Shown: in pieces, positions 48,839-58,774 of the stretch | How positions within the stretch are numbered: position 1 is the first letter of the stretch | Layout: the number at the start of each line of letters is the position of its first letter | Source of the DNA: Candidatus Saccharimonadia bacterium | Lineage (GTDB): Bacteria > Patescibacteriota > SICC01 | Assembly (NCBI GenBank): GCA_025449535.1 | Contig: JANWJF010000001.1 | Span: forward strand, 303,344 to 367,343 | Length of the DNA: 64,000 bases | Direction: 5' to 3' | Made by a program: the position numbers and the translations under genes | Notes under the pieces: generated by a model | Seen by the model: the letters and a program-made list of their open reading frames with translations, nothing else | Databases searched by the model: none | Told to the model about the DNA's origin: nothing

Positions 48839-49471
48839 CTAGGGCCGCTTCGACTGCTTCTTGAAGTCTATCGCCTCGGTCTCGGCGTTCACGTAGATCT
48901 CCAACCGGGCCTTGGTGCCATCCCCGGCGTCGTACTGGAAGAACCACTGCAAGGGGTGGGCGCCGACCTTGGAAAGCTGCTGGAGCAACGTATAGCCGGC
49001 CAGGTGCTGCTCGCGGAAGGCCTCGCCGCCGGCTTCCTCGGCGAGCCGCAACGCATCGTCCGGCGCCACCTTCCACTGGGCCACGTTAATCGGGTTGAAG
49101 AGCAGCTCGAACGGCTGCTTCTTCGTCGTGCGTTCGCTGACGTCGTCGCCCTGATAGACCACCTCGAATGTCGACTTGGGATCGGCCAGGGAAGAGAACG
49201 CGTACATCAGCGGCGTCGGTGAGGACGGCGCCAGGGTTCCCGAGAATTTCCGGTGGACACGGACCAGTTCCGCGTTGCTCTGCCAGCGCTTGGCGCGTTC
49301 CAGCGACTCGGTGTAGCGTTCCTTCGATTGCTCGATCGGGCTTGGCGTCTTGGTCGCGATCACGTCCGGGGACGGCTTGTCATCCGGCTGCTTGCCGCAA
49401 CCGGCGATGCCGAGTGCCGCCGCCGCCGCGACGGTGATTCCGGTGATGCGCGCTGCCTCCCTTATCCGCAT
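48839..49471 (-). CDS. Lipoprotein
   Basis: Lipobox IAGC after a hydrophobic stretch. Confidence 0.75.
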   Translation of the reverse strand: MRIREAARITGITVAAAAALGIAGCGKQPDDKPSPDVIATKTPSPIEQSKERYTESLERAKRWQSNAELVRVHRKFSGTLAPSSPTPLMYAFSSLADPKSTFEVVYQGDDVSERTTKKQPFELLFNPINVAQWKVAPDDALRLAEEAGGEAFREQHLAGYTLLQQLSKVGAHPLQWFFQYDAGDGTKARLEIYVNAETEAIDFKKQSKRP

Positions 49472-49527
49472 GGGATTATCGTATCTCGCGGTCCGGTGCT
49501 CGGCGAGCGCCGGACCGCTGCGACCGG

Positions 49528-51534
49528 TTACTTCTGCTCTTCCTTGCCGTCCGCCTCGGACGTGTCATCCTCGGGCTTCGCGTCGTCCGAGCCGGACTGG
49601 TCGTCGGAAGCGTCGGCGTCGGAACCATCGGACGCGCCTTCTGATCCATCGTCCGTGCTCTGGTCGGCCGAGGTCGTATGGTCCACGCCGTCTCCGGAGG
49701 ACTCTTCCGTCTGTCCCTGCTCAGTGCCACCACTCTGCTGGTAGATCGCTGCGCCAACCTTCTGGATCGACTCGGACAGCTCGTTCGTCTTCGTCTTGAT
49801 CGCCTCGACGTCCTCGCCGTCCATTACCTCGCGAAGCGCTTTGATCTTCTCGTCGACCTCGTTCTTATCGGTCTCCGAGACCTTGGCGCCGGCGTCCTTG
49901 ACCGTCTTCTCGCTGGAATACACGAGATTGTCGGCCGCGTTCCGGGCTTCGATCAGTTCCGCCTTCTTGGCGTCGTCGGACTCGTGCTCCTGCGCCTCCT
50001 TGCGCATGTTCTCGACCTCCGTGTCGGAAAGGCCGCTGGAGCCCTGGATCGTGATCTTCTGCTCCTTGCCGGTGCCCTTGTCCTTGGCAGAGACGTTCAG
50101 GATGCCGTTGGCATCGATGTCGAAGGTGACCTCGATCTGCGGCACGCCGCGCGGGGCCGGCGGGATTCCGTCCAGTACGAACCGTCCGAGCGACTTGTTG
50201 TCCCCGGACATCTTGCGTTCGCCCTGGAGGACGTGGACGTCCACCGAGTTCTGGTTGTCGGCCGCTGTCGAGAAGACTTGGCTCTTGCTGGTCGGGACGG
50301 TGGTGTTCCGTTCGATCAGCGGCGTGGACACGCCGCCGAGCGTCTCAATTCCGAGCGTCAGCGGGGTTACGTCCAGAAGCAGCAGGTCCTTCACGTCGCC
50401 GGAGAGGACGCCGCCCTGGATGGCCGCGCCGAGCGCGACCGCCTCGTCGGGATTCACGTTCTGGTTCGGCTCCTTGCCAAAAATCTCCTTCACCGCCGCG
50501 TGGACCGCCGGCATCCGGGTCATGCCGCCGACCAGGATCACCTCGTCGATGTCGCTGGTCTTGAGACTCGCGTCCTCGAGCGCCTTCTTGCAGGGCTCCT
50601 GGGTCCGCTTCACGAGGTCCGCGGTGAGCTGCTCGAGCTTCGCCCGGGTCAGCGTCAGGTTGAGGTGCTTGGGACCGGAGTCGTCCGCGGTGATAAACGG
50701 GATGTTGATCTCGGATTCGCCGGTGGTGGAGAGCTCGATCTTCGCCTTCTCCGCGGCTTCCTTGAGCCGCTGCAGGGCCTGCCGGTCCTGCGACAGGTCC
50801 ACTCCCTGGTCCTTCTTGAACTCCGCCACCAGGTGGTCGATGATCGCCTGGTCGAAGTCGTCGCCGCCGAGGTGGGTGTCGCCGTTAGTCGACTTCACCT
50901 CGAAGACCCCGTCGCCGAGCTCCAGGATGGTGATGTCGAAGGTCCCGCCGCCGAGGTCGAACACGGCGATCTTCTCTTCCTTCTTCTTATCGAGTCCGTA
51001 GGCCAGCGAGCTCGCCGTCGGCTCGTTGATGATCCGCTTCACGTTCAGTCCGGCGATCTTGCCGGCGTCCTTGGTGGCGTTCCGCTGCGAGTCGTTGAAG
51101 TACGCCGGAACGGTCACCACCGCGTCGGTGACCTTCTCTCCGAGGTACGCTTCGGCGTCCGTCTTGATCTTCTGCAGGATCATCGCGGAGATCTCCTGCG
51201 GCGAGTAGGACTTCTCGCCCATCTTCACCTTCACGTCGCCGTTGGACGCCTCCTCCAGCTTGTACGGAAGCAGCTTCGCCTCCTTCTGGACGATCGGGTC
51301 CTTGAACTTCCGGCCCATCAGCCGCTTCACGGAGAATATCGTGTTCTCCGGGTTGGTGACCTGCTGCCGCCGGGCGACCTGCCCGACCAGCCGTTCCTTG
51401 TTCTTCCCGAGCGCGACGACGGACGGGGTCAGCCGGCCGCCTTCCTTGTTCGGGATGATCTTCGACTCGCCGCCCTCAAGCACGGCCGCCGCCGAGTTGG
51501 TGGTACCGAGGTCGATACCGATGATTTTAGTCAT
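49528..51534 (-). CDS. dnaK: Chaperone DnaK
   Basis: [17 protein letters not shown]; long acidic tail. Confidence 0.98.
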   Translation of the reverse strand: MTKIIGIDLGTTNSAAAVLEGGESKIIPNKEGGRLTPSVVALGKNKERLVGQVARRQQVTNPENTIFSVKRLMGRKFKDPIVQKEAKLLPYKLEEASNGDVKVKMGEKSYSPQEISAMILQKIKTDAEAYLGEKVTDAVVTVPAYFNDSQRNATKDAGKIAGLNVKRIINEPTASSLAYGLDKKKEEKIAVFDLGGGTFDITILELGDGVFEVKSTNGDTHLGGDDFDQAIIDHLVAEFKKDQGVDLSQDRQALQRLKEAAEKAKIELSTTGESEINIPFITADDSGPKHLNLTLTRAKLEQLTADLVKRTQEPCKKALEDASLKTSDIDEVILVGGMTRMPAVHAAVKEIFGKEPNQNVNPDEAVALGAAIQGGVLSGDVKDLLLLDVTPLTLGIETLGGVSTPLIERNTTVPTSKSQVFSTAADNQNSVDVHVLQGERKMSGDNKSLGRFVLDGIPPAPRGVPQIEVTFDIDANGILNVSAKDKGTGKEQKITIQGSSGLSDTEVENMRKEAQEHESDDAKKAELIEARNAADNLVYSSEKTVKDAGAKVSETDKNEVDEKIKALREVMDGEDVEAIKTKTNELSESIQKVGAAIYQQSGGTEQGQTEESSGDGVDHTTSADQSTDDGSEGASDGSDADASDDQSGSDDAKPEDDTSEADGKEEQK

Positions 51535-51535
51535 A

Positions 51536-51871
51536 TTAACTAGCTCCTTTCTCTAATGGTGCCATGACTCCGAATTCTCTCATGGCCTCAATAATACGAA
51601 TCTTTTGTAATTCCAAACCCTTTCCTGTTCTTTCGGCCTGTTTTAAAGCCGGAATAATTTCTTGAAGACTTCTTGTGAACCTGCCTCCGCCCATTACTTC
51701 ATTCAGGGTAGGGTCACCTCCGGAGTGAGCAGCTTGGCCTACCATTTCTTGGAAGTGTTCTGACCAACTCTGGCCTTTCTCCTTGATTCTTTCTTCAACC
51801 GCTTCTAACAGGGAAGCCACAGCCCGGGCTTCTAGCAGAGCTTCTTCTGATCTTTCACTATCTTCGCTCAT
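51536..51871 (-). CDS. Low-GC hypothetical protein inside the dnaK operon
   Basis: Overlaps the grpE end and abuts the dnaK start. Confidence 0.6.
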   Translation of the reverse strand: MSEDSERSEEALLEARAVASLLEAVEERIKEKGQSWSEHFQEMVGQAAHSGGDPTLNEVMGGGRFTRSLQEIIPALKQAERTGKGLELQKIRIIEAMREFGVMAPLEKGAS

Positions 51872-52490
51872 TTTCCTTCTTTCCGCTTGATACTTGCACC
51901 TTCGCCGGGCGGACGACCTTGTCGCCCATCCTGTACCCGGCCGCGAACTCCTTGCTCACGACGTCCTTGTCGTACTCGTCGCTCGGCTCGTGGCCGAGCG
52001 CCTCATGGAGTTCGGGGTCGAACGGCTGCCCGACGGCTTCGACCCGTTCGATCCCGAGTTCCGTGAGAATGTCCGCGAACTGCTTCCGGATGCCTTCGAT
52101 GCCCGCGTACCATTGGTCTCCCTTGATCGCCTCCGGCACATGTTCCGCCGCCCGGTCGAAGTTGTCGATCACCGGCAGCAACTGCACGGCAAGATCGCCG
52201 TGGGCATCCTGGACCATCTGCAGGCGTTCCTTCTCCATCCGCTTCTTGAAGTTCGTGAAGTCGGCCTGGAGCCGCGCCATCTGCCCGCGCAGATCCTCCG
52301 CTTCGGGAGACGGACCGGCGTATCCGGCGGCTTGGTTGGCCTGGTCGGCCGTTTTCCCGGTCCGCTTGTCCGAGTCCTTGGCCGGATCGCGCTCGAGGCG
52401 TTGGCCCTTCTTCTTGATCGTGACCTTCGGACCCTTGGGCTGGTTCTGATCCCCCGGCTCGGAGGCCGGGCGGTGCTTATCCGTAGACAC
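51858..52490 (-). CDS. grpE: Nucleotide exchange factor GrpE
   Basis: ADFTNFKKR, LPVIDNFDRA, FDPELHEA, RPAKV. Confidence 0.95.
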   Translation of the reverse strand: MSTDKHRPASEPGDQNQPKGPKVTIKKKGQRLERDPAKDSDKRTGKTADQANQAAGYAGPSPEAEDLRGQMARLQADFTNFKKRMEKERLQMVQDAHGDLAVQLLPVIDNFDRAAEHVPEAIKGDQWYAGIEGIRKQFADILTELGIERVEAVGQPFDPELHEALGHEPSDEYDKDVVSKEFAAGYRMGDKVVRPAKVQVSSGKKENERR

Positions 52491-53181
52491 GGGTAAGCTC
52501 CTTCCTGCCGTAATCGAACAGCGCGGTCAGTCGCTGATATGGCATCCGGGTGGAGCCGATCACGCCGACGCGCGACTCGTAGTGCTTGGCGGACTTCAGC
52601 TTGAGCCCGAGGATCGCGACGGCCCGGGCCCGGAAGTCCTCGTGCTCGGCGCCGATCCGGATGCCCAGCCGGGTGGTCCGGCCCGCCAGCTTCGGGAACC
52701 AGTCCTTCGCCCGATCGAGCAGTTCCGCCAGGTACGACGCCACGTGCGGATCCTGGAATTCCGGTTGGCCGAACACGTTGGCCAGGTTGAACAGCTGCAC
52801 GCCGTCGGCATCCAGATGGATGCCCGCCGCGCCGGCCGTCTCCGACAGCTGCTCGGTCAGTCGTCGGCTGGCCTGTGGAGCGGAGCCGGCCTGCTCGATC
52901 CGGCGCGTCAGCTTCTGCTGCTCGGAGAGGGCCGGATCCTTGGTGGGCGCGCTCTCCATGAACAGCCGGAACGCCCGGTCCGTCGGCACGCGGCCGGCAG
53001 AGACGTGCGGCTGCTCCAGGAAGCCCGCCTCGGTCAGGGCGGCCATCACGTTGCGGATCGTGGCCGGGGACACGCCGAACCCGTACCGTACGCGCAGCAC
53101 CCGCGAACCGACCGGCTGGGCCGAGTTCAGGTACTCGTGGACGATCGCCCGCAATATCTGATTTTCGCGTGCACTGAGCAT
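52477..53181 (-). CDS. hrcA: Heat-inducible repressor HrcA (short form)
   Basis: PVGS, SPATIRN, PHVSAGRVPT, GVIGSTRMPY. Confidence 0.92.
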   Translation of the reverse strand: MLSARENQILRAIVHEYLNSAQPVGSRVLRVRYGFGVSPATIRNVMAALTEAGFLEQPHVSAGRVPTDRAFRLFMESAPTKDPALSEQQKLTRRIEQAGSAPQASRRLTEQLSETAGAAGIHLDADGVQLFNLANVFGQPEFQDPHVASYLAELLDRAKDWFPKLAGRTTRLGIRIGAEHEDFRARAVAILGLKLKSAKHYESRVGVIGSTRMPYQRLTALFDYGRKELTRVYG

Positions 53182-53204
53182 GCTAGGGCCAACCTATCAG
53201 ATTC

Positions 53205-53231
53205 TTAGCACTCTGTCAATGAGAGTGCTAA
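53205..53231. promoter_or_regulatory. CIRCE element overlapping the hrcA -35 box
   Basis: Perfect TTAGCACTC-N9-GAGTGCTAA; minus-strand TTGACA-17-TAGGTT. Confidence 0.97.
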
Positions 53232-53321
53232 AAAGCTAAAATACTGGACATGTTGACGTGCCCTAGCCTGCCTGCGCACAATAGGAGCAGCAACAAGGCG
53301 TAACCAAAGGAGGAGTAACTT

Positions 53322-53570
53322 ATGCCGCATCGTACCGTATTTCAGTGGGGAAAGAACCACGCCCATCCGTTCACGACGTTCCTGGGTGGATTCATCGTCG
53401 GAGGACTGGTGGTAGGCGCCGTCGTCTACGCCTGGCAACTGGCCGACGAGACCAGCGACGTCGAGATCGAAAGCACCGTCGTCGAGCCGGTGGTTGACGA
53501 GACGGCCGCTCCGGAAGCGTCCGTCGAGCCGTCGCCGCAGGCCACGGCCGCTGCGGACGTCCAGTTCTGA
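53322..53570 (+). CDS. Small single-TM protein
   Basis: AAGGAGG SD; TM followed by an acidic tail. Confidence 0.65.
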   Translation: MPHRTVFQWGKNHAHPFTTFLGGFIVGGLVVGAVVYAWQLADETSDVEIESTVVEPVVDETAAPEASVEPSPQATAAADVQF

Positions 53571-53592
53571 TTCCGGTTTATCTTGCCTTGAT

Positions 53593-53616
53593 GACAGCCC
53601 GCTTCGGCGGGCTGTC
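53593..53616. terminator. Hairpin between convergent genes
   Basis: GACAGCCCGC-TTCG-GCGGGCTGTC. Confidence 0.75.
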
Positions 53617-55416
53617 TTAGTTCTGCTTCAGCACGGCCACAAACGCCTCCGGCGGCACCCGGACGCTGCCTTCGGCCTTCATCCGGGCCTTGCCCTTCTT
53701 CTGCTTCTCCTGGAGCTTCCGCTTCCGCGTGACGTCGCCGCCGTACAGCCCGGCGGTCACGTCCTTCTTGCGCGGGCTGATGTTCTCGCGAGCGATCACC
53801 TTGCCGCCGATCACGGCCTGTAAGGCGATCTGGAACATCGCCGGCGGGATGACTTCCTTCAGCTTCGCCAGCACCACCCGTGCCCGGCGCTCGACTTCGT
53901 CGCGGTGTACGATCACCGATAGACCGGAGACCGCGTCTCCGGCCACCAAGAAGTCCAGACGGACCAGCGGCGCAGCACGGAAGTCCCGAAGTTCGTACGA
54001 GAGCGAACCGTAGCCGGCGGTCGCGCCCTTCAGCTGATCGTAGAAGTCCGCCACCAGGTTCGCCAACGGCAGCTCCGCCCGCACGATCACCTGCTCCGCG
54101 GCGGCGAAGCTCGTGTCCGCGAACGTCCCGCGCCGATCGGCGACCAGCTGCTGGACGGCGCCGAGGTCCTGGGACCGACAGACGATCTCCAGCTCCGCCC
54201 AGGGCTCGCGGATCTCGGAGATCCGGGTGACGTCGGGCAGCTCGGCCGGGTCGGTCAGGGTCAGTCCGCTGCCGTCGGTCAGCTCTAGCTCGTACGGGAC
54301 CGTCGGCGCGGTGACCACCAGCTCGAGGTCGAATTCGCGCGTCAGCCGCTCCCGGATGATGTCCAGGTGGAGCAAGCCGAGGAAGCCGGCCCGGAAGCCC
54401 TGGCCGAGCGCCTGCGACTGCACCGGCTCATAGCTGAGCGACGCGTCGTTCAACGCGAGCTTGCCGAGCGCCTCGCGAAGCTTCCCGAAGTCGCCACTTG
54501 AGCCACTGGCGGATACGCCAGACGACTCCAGGAAGATTCCCGCGAAGACCATCGGCGAGACCTCGCGGTAGCCGGGCAGCGGTTCGGAAGCCGGGGCCGC
54601 GGCCAGGGTGACGGTGTCGCCGACCCGGACCTCCGCGATCGACTTGAAACCGGTCACCAGATAGCCAATCTCTCCCGTCTCCAGGCCTTTCCGGGCCTCC
54701 GGCTGCGGCTTGAGCACGCCGACGTCGTTCGCCTCCGCGGCCTTACCGGCGGCCATCAGCTTGATCTTCGTCCGCCCGGGCAGCGCGCCGTCGACCACGC
54801 GCACCGACGCGACTACTCCCTGGTAGGAATCGTACCGCGAGTCGAAGACTAGCGCCCGGAGCGGCGCGGCAGCGTCTCCTTTCGGCGTCGGGACCCGGTC
54901 GACGATTGCCCGCAGGACCTCGTCGACCCCTTCGCCGGTCTTGGCGGATATGAATAGCACGTCGTCCTCGGGCAGCTCCAGCGTCTTGGCGACCGCCTTG
55001 GCGGCGTCCTCCGGCTCCGCGGCCGGCAGGTCGATCTTGTTGACGACGGGAATCAGCGTCAGTCCCTGGGCCTTGGCCTGCGTCGCGTGCGCCAGCGTCT
55101 GGGCCTGGATGCCCTGGGTGGCATCCACCAGCAGCAAGGCGCCTTCGCAGGCAGAGAGCGTCCGCGAGACCTCGTACGAGAAGTCGACGTGGCCCGGCGT
55201 GTCGATCAGGTTCATCACGGTATCCTCGAACCGCATGGTCACCGGCTGAAGCTTGATCGTGATGCCCCGTTCCCGTTCGAGTTCCATCGAGTCCAGCAGT
55301 TGCTCCTGCATGTCCCGCTTCTCGACCGTACCGGTCAGCTCGAGCAGGCGGTCGGCCAACGTCGACTTACCGTGGTCGATGTGGGCGATGATGCAGAAGT
55401 TGCGGATATTGCGCAT
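53617..55416 (-). CDS. lepA: Elongation factor 4
   Basis: IRNFCIIAHIDHGKSTLADR, GFLGLLH, YGGDVTRKRKL. Confidence 0.97.
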   Translation of the reverse strand: MRNIRNFCIIAHIDHGKSTLADRLLELTGTVEKRDMQEQLLDSMELERERGITIKLQPVTMRFEDTVMNLIDTPGHVDFSYEVSRTLSACEGALLLVDATQGIQAQTLAHATQAKAQGLTLIPVVNKIDLPAAEPEDAAKAVAKTLELPEDDVLFISAKTGEGVDEVLRAIVDRVPTPKGDAAAPLRALVFDSRYDSYQGVVASVRVVDGALPGRTKIKLMAAGKAAEANDVGVLKPQPEARKGLETGEIGYLVTGFKSIAEVRVGDTVTLAAAPASEPLPGYREVSPMVFAGIFLESSGVSASGSSGDFGKLREALGKLALNDASLSYEPVQSQALGQGFRAGFLGLLHLDIIRERLTREFDLELVVTAPTVPYELELTDGSGLTLTDPAELPDVTRISEIREPWAELEIVCRSQDLGAVQQLVADRRGTFADTSFAAAEQVIVRAELPLANLVADFYDQLKGATAGYGSLSYELRDFRAAPLVRLDFLVAGDAVSGLSVIVHRDEVERRARVVLAKLKEVIPPAMFQIALQAVIGGKVIARENISPRKKDVTAGLYGGDVTRKRKLQEKQKKGKARMKAEGSVRVPPEAFVAVLKQN

Positions 55417-55484
55417 AGCTATCAGTATACTGGTTCCCCGCTCCGCGACGGTCCCAAACTCGCTTATACTTGGGACGAAAACAA

Positions 55485-55967
55485 ATGATCACAACGGATA
55501 ATCGGGGTTATACGCTGATCGAGGTCCTTACGGTCGTAGCGATCATCGGGATCGTTACCGTAGTCGCTTTCAGCCTGGCCGGCGGTGATAAGACCGCGCG
55601 GTTCGGGCAGGACTTCGACGAACTGGCAGCCAATCTTCGTGACCTCCAAGCGAATGCCCGGGCAGCCAAGGACAATCGCGAGTACGGGATGTGCCTACGG
55701 TCCGACGGTTGGTCATCGTTCGCGGTCCAGAGCGATACGACGGCCGATCCCTGCGCGACCGGATATCCAGAGCAGATTAAACCGGTGAACTTCGAAGTCG
55801 CGTCGATGAGCGCGGCCGTGAGTCCATCCACCGACCGGGTCGTATTCGAACGCGTCACTGGTCGGACCAAGGACGGCAGCACCGCCACGCTTACGCTCAC
55901 GCTCGACAATCCGGCCCGGACCCGTACGTTAAGGATCGAAACCAACGGAGCGATCCATGAGCAGTAG
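55485..55967 (+). CDS. Type IV minor pilin (FimT/GspH-like)
   Basis: RGYTLIEVL prepilin motif. Confidence 0.88.
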   Translation: MITTDNRGYTLIEVLTVVAIIGIVTVVAFSLAGGDKTARFGQDFDELAANLRDLQANARAAKDNREYGMCLRSDGWSSFAVQSDTTADPCATGYPEQIKPVNFEVASMSAAVSPSTDRVVFERVTGRTKDGSTATLTLTLDNPARTRTLRIETNGAIHEQ

Positions 55968-56466
55968 GGTCGCGCAGCGTGGATTTACCTTGCTCGAGGC
56001 GGTGGTCGCGATCACCGTCTTCACGATCGGAGTGGTGGGAATGGTCCAGATCGTCCTGGTGGCCCGATCGACCTCCGACCAGGGATCGGACCTCGTAATG
56101 GTCAGTGGCTACCTGAAGGAAGGCATTGATGCCGTCCGGATCATCCGGGACGACGATTGGGAAGCTATCGCTGTCGACGGTTCATACCGTCTTTCGGCCC
56201 AGCCCGGCACCACGCCACCCTGGACCTTGCGGAACGGCAGCGAGACGATCGGCAAGTTCACCCGTCGCGTCGGCATCGCATCGGTCCGGCGTAGCGATAC
56301 CGACGGCAACGGAACCTTGTCCGCGGGCGATCTCATCTGCCAGGGGACGAACTGCGGCAGCTTTGAAGACCCTGAGACCAAGAAGGTCGCTGTCACGGTG
56401 ACTTGGCAGCAGGGCTCCCAGCAGAAATCGCGAAACGTATTCGGTTACCTCACCAACTGGCAATGA
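55957..56466 (+). CDS. Type IV minor pilin (PilV-like)
   Basis: RGFTLLEAV prepilin motif. Confidence 0.88.
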   Translation: MSSRVAQRGFTLLEAVVAITVFTIGVVGMVQIVLVARSTSDQGSDLVMVSGYLKEGIDAVRIIRDDDWEAIAVDGSYRLSAQPGTTPPWTLRNGSETIGKFTRRVGIASVRRSDTDGNGTLSAGDLICQGTNCGSFEDPETKKVAVTVTWQQGSQQKSRNVFGYLTNWQ

Positions 56467-56957
56467 AACGCCATCTCCAATCCGGCCTTACTCTGGTCGA
56501 ACTGCTGGTCGCGATCTCGATCCTGACGCTACTGATCCTGGCAGCCGGAACGCTTTATGTGACCGTGATCCGGCAACAGGTCGGTGACCGGCTCGTCCAG
56601 AACCTGCAACGCGAGGTCGATCGGATGACTGCCCATGTCGAACGGAACGTCGCCACGAGCACGGAGGTTTCTGGTAGTACGACCTGCAATCTGCAGGCGA
56701 CCGACCGGATCGATCTCGACTCGCCGGACGGTATGCTCAGTTACCAGCGGAACGGCAGCCGACTGGAATTCAGCAAGGCGGGATCCATCGAAGAGGTCTC
56801 CTCGCCAGGTATAGCGGTAAGCGGGGTACGCTTCTTCCCGACCTGTGATGGTACGAGGTTGGTATCGGTCAAGTTCGAGGCGACCTTGACGAAGTCAGCG
56901 GGCGGCCAGACCAAAACGACTAGCATATCCACTACGACCGGGACGAGGCCGCAATGA
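56463..56957 (+). CDS. Type IV minor pilin (PilW-like)
   Basis: SGLTLVELL prepilin motif. Confidence 0.88.
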   Translation: MKRHLQSGLTLVELLVAISILTLLILAAGTLYVTVIRQQVGDRLVQNLQREVDRMTAHVERNVATSTEVSGSTTCNLQATDRIDLDSPDGMLSYQRNGSRLEFSKAGSIEEVSSPGIAVSGVRFFPTCDGTRLVSVKFEATLTKSAGGQTKTTSISTTTGTRPQ

Positions 56958-58771
56958 CGCAGCATCTCAGAGGACAGTCCGGCGTCATAGGCATCTTGGC
57001 CGTGCTGATCTTCTCGGCGCTGATCGTGGTCATCGGCAGCGCCATGGTGGCAACCTCCGTGCTGACGTTCCAGCAAAGCCAGGAGCGGATCGATTCGACC
57101 CAGAGCATCGTGGATGCCGAGAGCGGCGTGGAAGACGGGTTGCTCCAAGTCAGGCGGAATCCGAACTTCGGAGCAAACGACGCCACGGTGAGTATGTCCT
57201 TCGATACCCGGAATCGCACCGAATATACTATCAGCACGGTCGACACCCAATCGTGTCAGGACGCCCGGCGGGTCACCGCCTCCGGATTCCTGGACACGCT
57301 GGTTCGGCGAGTCCAGGTGGATAACTGCCCCCAGCCGTCCGTCGATGCCGACTTCGTATACGCCCTGCAAGCCGGGAGCGGCGGCATCGACATGTCCAAC
57401 AATTCCCGGATTATCGGCAGTACGTACTCGAACGGCAACCATACCGGCGGCAACGGGGCTAGCGTGACGGGAGACGTGTGGGTGGCGGGTGCGGCAGCTC
57501 CGAACCCCACGCCTCAGTACGACCCCGCGACGGTGACCGACTTCCTCTTCGGGTCATCCACGAACCCGAACGCCATTGACGTAGCGCAGTCATTCGCTGC
57601 CGATACCACGCAAAGCAATAAGTTGGTCAAAGTGGCACTCAAGGTGAAGAAGATCGGCAACCCGGCGAACGCGACGGTCCGGATCGTTACCGATAACAGC
57701 AATCAACCCTCCGCGACCCAGGTCGCCAGCGGAACTTTGAACGCCTCTTCCGTCGGGTCTGCACTGCAATTCATTGACGTGAGCTTAAGCACGCCGCCGA
57801 CCCTGGCCAACGGTCAGAAATATTGGATCGTCGTAGACGCGTCTTCTTCCGGATCGAACTATTGGTCCTGGGGCATCGCGGACGACAATGGGTACCCTGG
57901 TGGCAGCGGCAAGAACTCCGACCGCTGGCGGAGCAGCGGGGCAATGAGCTGGTATCCCGTCGGCAAGGATTTCGCTTTCAAGGCTTTCATGGGGAGCCCG
58001 CCGACGTACGCCCAAAGCCTTACGGTCGGTGGTGACGTCCATGCCAACACCATCACCAGCCTCAGCGTTGCCAAGGATGCCTACTTCCAGACGAATAATG
58101 GATCCACCGTCGCAGGCAGCAACTTTCCCGGCAGCCAGGACCCACCCCAGCGCGATCTGCCGATCACCGATGCAAACATCAATGACTTCAAGACACAAGG
58201 GACTTCCGGAGGCACACAGACAGGAGACGTGACGGTCCCACTTGGCAGCACTGCCACGATGGGACCACTGAAAATCAACGGCGACCTGGTCGTCGAGAAT
58301 AATGCGACCCTGCGGATTACCGGCACGCTTTACGTGACCGGCACGATGCTGTTCTCGAACAACGCCAAGATCATCCTGGACCCTGGATACGGTTCAGACA
58401 GCGGAGTCATCGTAAGCGACGGTGCCATCACCATTTCTAACAACGTGACTTTCACGGGTAGCGGATCGGCAAACAGCTTCCTGCTGCTGGGCACTACCAG
58501 CACGTCGGACGCTGCGATCGATGTCTCTAACAACGCCACCAATATCATCCTGGCAGCTCCGAACGGGACGATCCGCCTGCATAACAACGCTGGAGCCAAC
58601 GCCCTGACCGCCAACCGCCTGATGCTTGATAACAACGCGGTAGTGACCTACGTCTCCGGCCTGGCCGATATCCACTTCACCAACGGACCGGGCGGCAGCT
58701 TCGCCGCGAACGGCTGGCGCGAGATCGTCTGCGACACCGACAGCGGACCGTGCACACCAGTCGTCGAGTAA
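56954..58771 (+). CDS. PilX-like minor pilin with inserted beta-sandwich and C-terminal beta-helix-like region
   Basis: N-terminal hydrophobic helix lacking E5; AESGVEDGL; AQSF...KYWIV insert; repeated SNN motifs. Confidence 0.78.
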   Translation: MTQHLRGQSGVIGILAVLIFSALIVVIGSAMVATSVLTFQQSQERIDSTQSIVDAESGVEDGLLQVRRNPNFGANDATVSMSFDTRNRTEYTISTVDTQSCQDARRVTASGFLDTLVRRVQVDNCPQPSVDADFVYALQAGSGGIDMSNNSRIIGSTYSNGNHTGGNGASVTGDVWVAGAAAPNPTPQYDPATVTDFLFGSSTNPNAIDVAQSFAADTTQSNKLVKVALKVKKIGNPANATVRIVTDNSNQPSATQVASGTLNASSVGSALQFIDVSLSTPPTLANGQKYWIVVDASSSGSNYWSWGIADDNGYPGGSGKNSDRWRSSGAMSWYPVGKDFAFKAFMGSPPTYAQSLTVGGDVHANTITSLSVAKDAYFQTNNGSTVAGSNFPGSQDPPQRDLPITDANINDFKTQGTSGGTQTGDVTVPLGSTATMGPLKINGDLVVENNATLRITGTLYVTGTMLFSNNAKIILDPGYGSDSGVIVSDGAITISNNVTFTGSGSANSFLLLGTTSTSDAAIDVSNNATNIILAAPNGTIRLHNNAGANALTANRLMLDNNAVVTYVSGLADIHFTNGPGGSFAANGWREIVCDTDSGPCTPVVE

Positions 58772-58774
58772 CGG

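Noticed and set aside
49678-51543. 621-aa ORF antisense to dnaK
   Set aside because: Well-known antisense open frame of high-GC dnaK genes; the same applies to 60241-62163 opposite rnj
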